Source: a virus. From it: a DNA stretch of 64,000 bases. The notes under the pieces were generated by a model. That model worked only from the letters and a program-made list of their open reading frames with translations, was not told the origin of the DNA and did not search any database. Of the stretch, positions 43,709 to 51,981 are shown piece after piece (the stretch's first letter is position 1; every line of letters starts with the position of its first letter). Location: the IMG/VR virus record IMGVR_UViG_3300044713_000119, positions 2,692 through 66,691 of that record; one strand, 5' to 3'. The position numbers and the translations under genes are program-made.

Positions 43709-43912
43709 ATGAGCTACGACATTGAATATATATTCGAGATTGCTAGGGATCGTGCGGAGGCTCAGGAGTTAGAGCGGTCTGGATGCGGGTATGCGTCGAA
43801 GGAATCCGCAGAACGTGCGCTCAGGTCGCCGGAAATCGACAATTTCTATCGCAACCAGTTAAAGGTTTGGAAAGTTAAAACTACGCACCAGTGCGGGCAT
43901 TTACCAGAGTGA
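43709..43912 (+). CDS. Hypothetical accessory protein
   Basis: 67 aa from MSYDIEY; flanked by TGACGCTCGGAGAG repeats. Confidence 0.6.
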   Translation: MSYDIEYIFEIARDRAEAQELERSGCGYASKESAERALRSPEIDNFYRNQLKVWKVKTTHQCGHLPE

Positions 43913-43937
43913 CGCTCGGAGAGAGGGAGGACGGGGA

Positions 43938-44156
43938 ATGCAAGCCAACAAGCAACGAGATCGGGATTGTTTTCAGAAGGCACTGCAGCGCGACCAATTT
44001 ACTTTTACGGTCGTCGAACAAGACATGAGCAGCCCAACAGTTATCTGCGAGTGGATCAAGCAAAACATCGAGACTTGTCCGGCAGAGAAACTTGAGCACG
44101 CATTGGCGGTCGCAATCAAGATGCGCGACTATCCGCGTAGAAAGCACGCTGATTGA
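43938..44156 (+). CDS. Hypothetical accessory protein (C..KA..D...F....QD...P..I..W family)
   Basis: 72 aa, RBS GGGAGG. Confidence 0.6.
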   Translation: MQANKQRDRDCFQKALQRDQFTFTVVEQDMSSPTVICEWIKQNIETCPAEKLEHALAVAIKMRDYPRRKHAD

Positions 44157-44298
44157 GGGAGGTCAAGATGGGGCATAGGGCAATTGATGGAGCAGTTGGA
44201 GGGCAAGGAGTGAGCACGGGGCATTGTAGGAAGCATAATCGCTACTGGGATTGGTGTCCAGCGTGTCGCGCTGCTATACGCTATATGTTGAGGAAGCC

Positions 44299-45201
44299 AT
44301 GACCGAACCCAGGCAGGCGGACGCGGGCAAGGCGGAGGAGCGACGATTGGCGAGAGTATTTCCGCGAGTTACGAGAGCGACTCCCGACGATGACTTGGCG
44401 TTCTTTGGTCCGCCACCCGATTTATTCGGGATGCAGGTTGACGAGGTTCATGTTGACGTGACATTTACGGCGGATAAAACATGGGCTGAGATGCTGGCGG
44501 AACAGTGGCGACGTGTTGCGCCCACGAAAGTCGGCGGCGTTGCCTATGGCGATCGCGGGAACGAGTTCATTTCTGGGTGTTATATCAAGCAGGGCTACAC
44601 ATTCACGTCTCGCGGGTGTCCAGAACGCTGCTGGTATTGTTCGGTCTGGAAGCGTGATCCGGCAATCCGCCTCCTTCCAATTCAAGATGGATGGAATATC
44701 CTCGATGATAATTTACTAGCCTGCCCTCGGGATCACTTCGAGGCAGTAATCGCCATGCTGTCTCGGCAGAAGCGCAGAGCCGAATTCACTGGCGGCCTAC
44801 AAGCATCGCGTTTGATGGACTGGCACGTGGATGGATTCACGCGATTGAAGCCACGTCCGGTGTTTTTCTTCGCCTACGATGACCCCGACAGATGCAAGAA
44901 AAGTCCGCCAGAGGCCATGAGAGAAGCCGCACGGAAGATGTTGGCCGCTGGCTTTACCGCTGCATCGCATCGCCTGCGAACATTCGTTTTCATCGGATTT
45001 CCGCAAGACACGTTCGACAAGGCAGAGGCCCGCTTGCGGGAAATGTTAAACATCGGTTTCACTCCATACGCGATGCTCTGGCAGCCGGAAACACCAAGCG
45101 CGGAGAAATGGCGACCAGCGCCGGAATGGAAGAAATTTCAGAGAGGGTGGGCACGACCTGCAATTATCCACGCGCAACGCGAGACCAGGAGGAGCGAATG
45201 A
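44299..45201 (+). CDS. Radical SAM protein
   Basis: TSRGCPERCWYC (CxxxCxxC), DDNLLA, FAYD; alternative start TTG 44348. Confidence 0.85.
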   Translation: MTEPRQADAGKAEERRLARVFPRVTRATPDDDLAFFGPPPDLFGMQVDEVHVDVTFTADKTWAEMLAEQWRRVAPTKVGGVAYGDRGNEFISGCYIKQGYTFTSRGCPERCWYCSVWKRDPAIRLLPIQDGWNILDDNLLACPRDHFEAVIAMLSRQKRRAEFTGGLQASRLMDWHVDGFTRLKPRPVFFFAYDDPDRCKKSPPEAMREAARKMLAAGFTAASHRLRTFVFIGFPQDTFDKAEARLREMLNIGFTPYAMLWQPETPSAEKWRPAPEWKKFQRGWARPAIIHAQRETRRSE

Positions 45202-45485
45202 CGACTGAGGCAGACGCGGAACTGGTACGAGAGGCGCACGATTTCGTGGTGAAGTTCGTTAATGACCATGAGGCGATGGGCCTTCCGTGGCGAGAATTTG
45301 CGGTAGCTGTGGCCTCTTTCGCCGCCGAGGTCAGACAGAGAGAAACGACACGTGCAGCCGGGATTGCAGACAAGTGGGCATTGTCGCATTCTTGTAAACA
45401 CCATACCGACGATCCTTGCTGCCATGTTAGAACTGGTGCGGCAATCGCTTCGGCCATCCGCGCTGGAGAAGGAGAGACGAGATGA
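45198..45485 (+). CDS. Hypothetical protein
   Basis: RBS GGAGG, start MTTEADAEL, ends IASAIRA. Confidence 0.55.
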   Translation: MTTEADAELVREAHDFVVKFVNDHEAMGLPWREFAVAVASFAAEVRQRETTRAAGIADKWALSHSCKHHTDDPCCHVRTGAAIASAIRAGEGETR

Positions 45486-45667
45486 TGGACTTACCATGCT
45501 CGGTGCGTATCGTTCGAGAGAGGGTGGAAATAGTTAAAGGCCACAAGGATGCACCGAATGCCGTAATGGAATTTACGCGGGAACAGGCTGAGACGCTAGC
45601 GAAAGTTATCCTCATCAAGCTCGGCAAGATGACCGTAGCAGCATTGGGAGGAGAAGATGAAGTGTAA
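45482..45667 (+). CDS. Hypothetical protein
   Basis: 61 aa, coupled. Confidence 0.5.
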   Translation: MMDLPCSVRIVRERVEIVKGHKDAPNAVMEFTREQAETLAKVILIKLGKMTVAALGGEDEV

Positions 45668-46031
45668 CGGGTGCGGCAAGACACAGGATAAGTTGGAACT
45701 TCCTGACGGTTGGCGAACGATTACAGAAGTCCTCGCCAATGGAACGGGTTCGATCTATATGCCACGCGGATATTTGTGTGAAGTTTGTAGTACAAAACCT
45801 TGGCAGTATGACCCGTTCGATGCGATGGCATTCCTGCATGGCTATCAATTAGCGAAAGGGATGCAGCCAACAGAGTCAGACTTTCCGAAACTGCTCAAGG
45901 AATTTGAAACGGCAGTAATCGCACTATGCTCCTATGGTTGTCAGATGAACGCGCCGAAAAGTCTATTCGATCACTTGGCATCGTTACAAACTAAGATGCT
46001 CGCATGTGTAGCCGAGAAAGGGACGCGATGA
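45657..46031 (+). CDS. Zinc-finger protein
   Basis: KCNGCG...LPDGW...LCEVC. Confidence 0.6.
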   Translation: MKCNGCGKTQDKLELPDGWRTITEVLANGTGSIYMPRGYLCEVCSTKPWQYDPFDAMAFLHGYQLAKGMQPTESDFPKLLKEFETAVIALCSYGCQMNAPKSLFDHLASLQTKMLACVAEKGTR

Positions 46032-46174
46032 AGACCACCGGGACGGCAGACTGGAAGTTCATTCTTGCATGTGTAGGCTTCGCTGTACTCATCGGCGCAC
46101 TGGCCTACGTGGATTACATCTTGTACATGGGCACGCTGTGGATTAAGGCGTGGCAGTTTTGGGGGCCGATATGA
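46028..46174 (+). CDS. Small membrane protein
   Basis: Manual translation MKTTGTADWKFILACVGFAVLIGALAYVDYILYMGTLWIKAWQFWGPI; ATGA-coupled at both ends. Confidence 0.55.
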   Translation: MKTTGTADWKFILACVGFAVLIGALAYVDYILYMGTLWIKAWQFWGPI

Positions 46175-46368
46175 AAACAGAACGAGATAGAGCGATAGCT
46201 TTAGCCCATCGGGTGCTTGACCGTGTTAATGCCGACCCAGATGATGATATGGCGGTACTGGCGCGGCAATTCTTACGCGCAATCGAATGCTACTTGCCGC
46301 CGCGTTCCGCCGAATGTGAACATGGCATTGATCCAGCGCAGACTTGCGCAGTGTGTGACCTGCCATGA
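46171..46368 (+). CDS. Hypothetical protein (DPDDD.AVLARQFLR motif plus C-terminal CxHG...CxxC)
   Basis: Coupled start MKTERDRAI. Confidence 0.6.
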   Translation: MKTERDRAIALAHRVLDRVNADPDDDMAVLARQFLRAIECYLPPRSAECEHGIDPAQTCAVCDLP

Positions 46369-47864
46369 CCACCGGGACGGCAGAAGACCGCAAGGCGTTT
46401 GAAACATACCGTGACATGCAGAACGTGTACGCCGTTTGGGAAACATTTCAAGCTGGACTCGCCTACGCACGCTCACAGGCCGCTCCGCCACGAGAGAATG
46501 TCAGGATTGGCCCTACACTCTCAACTCGTCGCTGGATGAAGCTTCCCAAGAATAGCGATTATCCAGACTTCGCAGAGCTTCACTTGGAAAACGACTGGTG
46601 TCCAAAAGGAGGTTGTACGCCTGCATCTCTTTGTGAAGTCAGCGAGGCTCTGCAAATATCCGTTAAGGAGGCCGCTCCGCCGCAGGAGCCGCTAGAGCGC
46701 AACCATGCTGCCCGCACAAAGCTGGAGATGAAGTTTTGGGCGGCAATGCACGCAGCCGGAATTAAAGACGAGTGGGATGCCCAAGAGCGAATCAGTATTT
46801 CTGATTTGATTGAACTGATGCAATTCACCGCCGCTCCTCTCCCGGCACCCGCTCAGCAAGAGCCGCGATGCCCAACGTGTGGGAGTACGAGACGGCTAAC
46901 CTTCTATTGCCGCTTTCGTCATGAATTCAAAGACGGAACATCGGAACACCACGATGAGTGTGAGACTTGTACTGACCCTTGGCACGCAGCCGGGAAGCCG
47001 GAGGAGCCGCACTGTCGCGTTAGTTGGTGTGTGCGCGGTTTGCATGAGGCTGGCGTTCATTCATCTATTCCGCTAAGCAAAGCCAAAAGTACAGAGCAGG
47101 AACTTTGGTTTCATGGCACCATCGAAGAGCATGTTGCCACAATCGAACGTGATTGGTTTTGTGAAGGTACATGGTTTGCCGCCCACATGGAAGATGCTGT
47201 CAAATTTGGCGGCCCTATCGTGTTCTCGGTTAAAGTACGCTTCCCCAAAGAGCGCGTTTATGATTGGCAGGTTTGTTGCGCGAACGCCATACCTCCAGCG
47301 GCAATCGTGTGGCGCAGCAATGTGACAGTCGTGAATACCAAGCCGGAGGAGCCGCAGTCTGCGAAACTGGGGAGTAGTGGCGAGTTCCCGTTGGAATCGC
47401 CGACAACAAAGCCGGGCCAAAGAGTGGTGGACTGGAGCCAATTGTCTGAGCCGCAGTCTGCAACAGAAGCCGCACAGGAGCCAGCCGTGGGCATTCAGAG
47501 CGCAAGAGAACACGACGAGCGAGACGAGCAAATAGCGATTGATGTCATTAAGCAGCACAAAGTAACGCCTACCAGCGACCCTAACGTGGCCGTTGATCTG
47601 GATTCGTTTCTGGATATGCGCGAAGAACTTATCTGTGAACGCCGAGAGGCCGCGTCTCTTCGGGAGCGCGTAGCGGACTTAGAAGCCGCCGCAAAAGTGT
47701 TGCTCGACAAACTGGATGTAGTTCTACCAAAAGTGGATAACGCCATCACGCTTAACACGCTTCGGGCAGGCGTGCAAACTTATGACGGCCCGCAGATCGG
47801 CGATGACATGAAACGATTGCGCGAATTGCTTGAGACGGCACCCGGTAGAGGGCAGGGGCAATGA
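46365..47864 (+). CDS. Mosaic multi-module protein including an ART-fold-like module
   Basis: 499 aa; modules joined by AAPP, KPEEP and EPQSA linkers encoded by DNA direct repeats; WFHGT...IPP module. Confidence 0.7.
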   Translation: MTTGTAEDRKAFETYRDMQNVYAVWETFQAGLAYARSQAAPPRENVRIGPTLSTRRWMKLPKNSDYPDFAELHLENDWCPKGGCTPASLCEVSEALQISVKEAAPPQEPLERNHAARTKLEMKFWAAMHAAGIKDEWDAQERISISDLIELMQFTAAPLPAPAQQEPRCPTCGSTRRLTFYCRFRHEFKDGTSEHHDECETCTDPWHAAGKPEEPHCRVSWCVRGLHEAGVHSSIPLSKAKSTEQELWFHGTIEEHVATIERDWFCEGTWFAAHMEDAVKFGGPIVFSVKVRFPKERVYDWQVCCANAIPPAAIVWRSNVTVVNTKPEEPQSAKLGSSGEFPLESPTTKPGQRVVDWSQLSEPQSATEAAQEPAVGIQSAREHDERDEQIAIDVIKQHKVTPTSDPNVAVDLDSFLDMREELICERREAASLRERVADLEAAAKVLLDKLDVVLPKVDNAITLNTLRAGVQTYDGPQIGDDMKRLRELLETAPGRGQGQ

Positions 47865-48289
47865 CGGAACGACAGTTGATAGCTTTGCGGAATCCGGCGA
47901 TTGAGGCCGAGGATTGCGTTAACCAGATTTATCGGCGCATTTACGGCCACTGGTCAACACTTTTGACGCTCAACTCTGGCTTCGAGTGAATCGAGAACTT
48001 TGAGGGCTTGCCCGTGTGGCACGCAAGCGTAGCAAGAATCAATCGAACATTCGATGCAGTGGTTCCCGTGAGTCGTTGGGATGACCGCACTCGCAAGGAA
48101 GCTGTAGAGATACAGTTAGGCTTGCTTCACGGCGTAGGCACGCGAACATGGGAACGTACTGAGGACGGCGATAGTGCAATTCACATGCGACGGCGGCTGA
48201 ATCGGTCAGAGATTGTGATGCTCCACCAAGTAAACGCGGCGTGCCCCGTATTCACGCATGGCGAGGCATCGAAGATTCTACTTTTGTGA
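47861..48289 (+). pseudogene. Hypothetical gene interrupted by one in-frame TGA (47987-47989)
   Basis: ATG 47861 (coupled) is in frame with ORF 48008-48289: ...LTLNSGFE*IENFEGLPVWHASVA... Confidence 0.5.
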
Positions 48290-48301
48290 CGAGGTAAAAC
48301 G

Positions 48302-48754
48302 ATGAAATTGTACGCTATGCTCTTGCTGATTGCGGCGACCGCACAATCGTCTTCGCAACATGCGATCATTACCTGCGCTAACGGTCAAAAGGTCGATGTC
48401 GCGTGGGAAGGAATAACCGTCTTCGATGCGTGCCGAGTATTTCAGGCGGTTTCGCGGGCTACCGTGCAAACTGCTACGACTGGCGAGATTCCGTACAGCA
48501 CACATGCGCCCGCACCCGTCCCCGAGGATGTTCCGGCGATCCAGGTCACCGTGCCCATAGAGGAATGTTTCTTAACAATGGAAGGGTGCGCCATTCGAGA
48601 CGCAAACGGTAAACGCTTTACCCGCGATGACTGGTACGCCAATCCCGACAAGTATCACTTCACCCGCCAATCATGCGCCGACAAGGCCCGCATTCTCATG
48701 CACGACGAGGCTGATCCGCCGAAATATTACTGCCATCGGGTACATTCTGAGTAG
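48302..48754 (+). CDS. Secreted Cys-containing protein
   Basis: MKLYAMLLLIAATA-Q signal peptide; C-terminal SCADKARILMHDE..PPKYYCH. Confidence 0.6.
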   Translation: MKLYAMLLLIAATAQSSSQHAIITCANGQKVDVAWEGITVFDACRVFQAVSRATVQTATTGEIPYSTHAPAPVPEDVPAIQVTVPIEECFLTMEGCAIRDANGKRFTRDDWYANPDKYHFTRQSCADKARILMHDEADPPKYYCHRVHSE

Positions 48755-48772
48755 AGAGGAGCCGACTGAGCC

Positions 48773-48955
48773 ATGAGCGACCTAGGCGAATTGTTTGGCT
48801 ATGACACTACTGGGCACGATATTCTCGGCACCCATCAGGACGAGCAGAACAACTGTCCCGTGTGCGGAGTTTCGGCCTACCGCCACACCGCAGAAATGGA
48901 AGCGGAATGTATGCGGAAACTGTTCGAGGGGCGGGTCAGCGGAGCGGAGAAGTGA
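48773..48955 (+). CDS. Small zinc-binding protein
   Basis: CPVCG...H...EC; last gene of the rightward arm. Confidence 0.55.
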   Translation: MSDLGELFGYDTTGHDILGTHQDEQNNCPVCGVSAYRHTAEMEAECMRKLFEGRVSGAEK

Positions 48956-48956
48956 G

Positions 48957-50492
48957 CTACTTCTTACGACCTTGGATTCTTTGTCTTGCAGTGCTTCCCC
49001 AGAATTGAGGAGCTTCTTTAGATTTTTCTTCGCGAGTAATTTGATCACGAAAGAGCATCGCCGAAGTGGGATCCTGCTTGTAGAGTTTCTCCAGGCGTTC
49101 TTCGGCTCGGACGCTGGCCGGTGGCAACGAACCTTCTAGGTGCGAATATGTGGTATACCGGAACGCCTCCCAGGCATCGTCTTTCCCGGTTGGATCGAGT
49201 TTGATCTTGAGAACTTTTTCCGGTTCCTTGGGATCGTGAATGCGGGTCTCGATCGCCTGGCGCAGCAGTGTACAACTGTCGGAGATGATCAGTTTGCCGT
49301 TCTTCAGCATGGTGTAGACCAGCATCGAGCCGCCCGCAATGTCGCTTTTAGCTTTGATAAATCCGAGCCCATGGCGCCCCAAAACATCGTTCATCTGGCC
49401 GGCTAGGGTATGGTGGTCTCCGCGGTCGTTCCAGCAATCTGGAGAGAGGTACATCGCCTGAATCTTACGCGGCTGTGCTTGGCCTTCCTTGCGCTCCGCA
49501 AAGCGCTCGTAGACTTCTTGGGCAAATGTTCTGACGTCAGTCTTTTTCTCGGCGACGTACTCGTCCAGCGCGTAGCAGATGCCGCGCTCGTCCACGCAGC
49601 AAAGATACGCGACCGCATGGGACCCAGAGAAGCCATAGTCAGCCCCAATCCAATGCGAGAAATAGAATTTGTCGCCGATTGATTGCCGTGGCACTACCAT
49701 GCGGTTCGGCTGCCAGATGTTGAAATACTGGCCTTTGAATGCTCGCCAGCACCCCTCGAGCAAAGCATCCGCTGTGGCCGCGTGCTGCATCCGCACGTTG
49801 CGTTCGTAGGCTTCACCCAAGAGATCGTGATCTGCCAGCCGGCTGAAGATAAACTGCGTGGTCATGCCATGCAGGCTATCGTTGTCGCTTGGCCAGGTTG
49901 CGTCGTTGTAGATTTGTCCAGGGAACCGAACCGGTGGCTGGCAGTGCGGACACACGCCACCTAGAAACATCTTCATGTGCCAATCCATGTGGGGACCGCC
50001 CGGGTTGGTTCCCATGCGCACACGGAGGAATAGCGAGGGGTCGGTAGAGCGCAGGCGGGTGATCAGGTAGCGGACCTGATGCTCACTGTGGAATGTCGAC
50101 TCATCCCAGAGTTCTACGCTGTAACTTTGAGACTGATGCGAGTAAACGTCATCGTCAGTTTCGCAAAACGCAAACTGAAAGGTCGAGCCCCATGGCCAGC
50201 GCCAAGTGTGCGTGTTGCCGTTGAACGTCGCTCCAGTTTGCGAGAACAGTTCACGCGACATCCGAATTGCTTCTGTATGCTCTGGCATCGATCGCCGGAA
50301 CATGATCGTGTGACAATTTGAATTGTCGTACTCCGTCGCACCGTCGACCAACATCGTCGAAGTTTTTAGGCTACCGACGGACCCTCCCCCTAGCAGAAAT
50401 TCAGCCTTAGAATTTAGCCAGGCGTCCTGGGCTTCACTTCCCGGCAGGAAGTTCAGCAGGTTCGGCCGGACGTCGGTCACCAACTGTCGCAT
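48957..50492 (-). CDS. terL: Terminase large subunit
   Basis: GGGSVGSLKT Walker A-like, FRRS, ELWDES Walker B, GTNPGG, GADYG nuclease motif, KDDAWEAFRY. Confidence 0.92.
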   Translation of the reverse strand: MRQLVTDVRPNLLNFLPGSEAQDAWLNSKAEFLLGGGSVGSLKTSTMLVDGATEYDNSNCHTIMFRRSMPEHTEAIRMSRELFSQTGATFNGNTHTWRWPWGSTFQFAFCETDDDVYSHQSQSYSVELWDESTFHSEHQVRYLITRLRSTDPSLFLRVRMGTNPGGPHMDWHMKMFLGGVCPHCQPPVRFPGQIYNDATWPSDNDSLHGMTTQFIFSRLADHDLLGEAYERNVRMQHAATADALLEGCWRAFKGQYFNIWQPNRMVVPRQSIGDKFYFSHWIGADYGFSGSHAVAYLCCVDERGICYALDEYVAEKKTDVRTFAQEVYERFAERKEGQAQPRKIQAMYLSPDCWNDRGDHHTLAGQMNDVLGRHGLGFIKAKSDIAGGSMLVYTMLKNGKLIISDSCTLLRQAIETRIHDPKEPEKVLKIKLDPTGKDDAWEAFRYTTYSHLEGSLPPASVRAEERLEKLYKQDPTSAMLFRDQITREEKSKEAPQFWGSTARQRIQGRKK

Positions 50493-51057
50493 TTTGTTCT
50501 GTTATCTCCTTGAGAGTTTGCTTTCGCCAGGATGGGATGAAGGCGCGGGTCTGAGCGGTATTCAAAGCTTGCACTGCAGCCGTCGCGCTGGCGTTGGCGA
50601 TGTTTGTGTTCTGTGTTGGCTGGATGGCGCCGATAGCTTTATAGCCGACTTCGAACCAGTCAGCGGCCGCGCCGGCATTGATTTTCTTCGGAGCTACGAC
50701 TTTTCGTGTGACAGCAATAAAGTGCTTGTCCAAAAATTCCCGGCGCAGGGTAATACTCTGTGTGGCTTTGTCTAAAGCGTCCTTCTTGAGTTCTTCGCGA
50801 AATTCCTCCACTTGGGCGTCGATCAGTTTCGACACGGCTCGTCTGCGGTACATCCAGTTTGTCGCTTGGTAGAGATGGAGTCCCAGTTCTTCGCAGCACT
50901 GCCGCAGGGGTACACCTTGGGCGCGGAGGGCGCAGAACTGCATTTGAATGCCGTCCAAGGCAATGCGTGGGGGCTTCCCTACCCCGGTGGGAGGCAGGTG
51001 CTTATACTTTCTTGGGGGGACGGCAGGAGCAGGACTGTGGGCCTTCTTTGCGCCCAT
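50434..51057 (-). CDS. Putative terminase small subunit
   Basis: HTH-like N-terminal region, immediately upstream of and overlapping terL. Confidence 0.6.
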   Translation of the reverse strand: MGAKKAHSPAPAVPPRKYKHLPPTGVGKPPRIALDGIQMQFCALRAQGVPLRQCCEELGLHLYQATNWMYRRRAVSKLIDAQVEEFREELKKDALDKATQSITLRREFLDKHFIAVTRKVVAPKKINAGAAADWFEVGYKAIGAIQPTQNTNIANASATAAVQALNTAQTRAFIPSWRKQTLKEITEQNATVGDRRPAEPAELPAGK

Positions 51058-51128
51058 GGTTTATTTTTCCGGCTTAGCTTGCCCGGAAGCCTTTCTGCCT
51101 CAGTCCAGGTGTGCGACTGAGGCGTCTG

Positions 51129-51977
51129 TTAACTTGCTACGAGGTAGCGCTGTCCGGTTCGACATGCTTGGACGTAAGTATTCCAACGATCAAACTTTCT
51201 GGCGCATCTGATGCGTGCCGTCTTACCATCGTAGAGCCACATCCCGAGTTTGATTGCAGCTTCTTTTCCGAGACTTAATTGCCAGGCGTGACGTTGGGGC
51301 TGAACCGATGCGCACTGACCTATCCCAACGTGGTCACGCAGAACATTTAGCAACGACTGGACAAACTCTTGGCTGTTGGAAGTGTAATGAAACGTCATAC
51401 GATGGTGGCCCTTGCTGAAGGCTGGTACGTTCCAGCAACCGTCACTGTCCAGAAGTCCACGAACGAAATCACGCAAGACTTCGACGGGAACATCGGGCCA
51501 CGCCATCGTAGCAGCCTTCACTCCAGACAGTCCGAAGTGCTCACGCAATTCGCCGGTGACAACGACGGAATTGATGCGAATAACAAATGCCTCGCCAAAA
51601 GCATTCTTGTCATGGGATATCTTTAGGCAGCCTCCGAAGATGCGATTCACCTTTTCGATGATGTCCCGGTCTCCGGTGGTGATCACGGTTCTATAACCGG
51701 TGCGGCTAACGCTGCCGTCTCCAAAGATCAACTCCAGCACCCACGCCTTCTCTGGAGTGAGCGGGAACAGCGTAAGGCAGTCCCTTCCGTGACCGACGCC
51801 AAGCCGGATAGCTGTTCCGCGCGCTGTTGACTTGAATGGCACCGCATGCGCATTTAATGCGCGGTAAACCCATGACTGGGATTTGCACCACGCGAATGCG
51901 TTCATCATCGCCGTGGGCGTGACGCCAAGGCCGTACAGCCAGCAAGCGACCATCTCGCGTTTAAGGCTAAGTTCCAT
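51129..51977 (-). CDS. Free-standing LAGLIDADG homing endonuclease
   Basis: AWVLELIFGDGSV and DFVRGLLDSDGC motifs; C-terminal LY...RK. Confidence 0.85.
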   Translation of the reverse strand: MELSLKREMVACWLYGLGVTPTAMMNAFAWCKSQSWVYRALNAHAVPFKSTARGTAIRLGVGHGRDCLTLFPLTPEKAWVLELIFGDGSVSRTGYRTVITTGDRDIIEKVNRIFGGCLKISHDKNAFGEAFVIRINSVVVTGELREHFGLSGVKAATMAWPDVPVEVLRDFVRGLLDSDGCWNVPAFSKGHHRMTFHYTSNSQEFVQSLLNVLRDHVGIGQCASVQPQRHAWQLSLGKEAAIKLGMWLYDGKTARIRCARKFDRWNTYVQACRTGQRYLVAS

Positions 51978-51981
51978 TGGA

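Noticed and set aside
42942-47461. CRISPR array or classical integron
   Set aside because: The repeats differ from pair to pair, spacing is gene-sized, and there are no attC GTTRRRY/RYYYAAC ends or integrase/cas genes
51058-51981. Group I intron or intein around the LAGLIDADG ORF
   Set aside because: The flanking genes appear complete, only 4 and about 70 nt of flank exist, and there are no intein splice motifs; treated as free-standing
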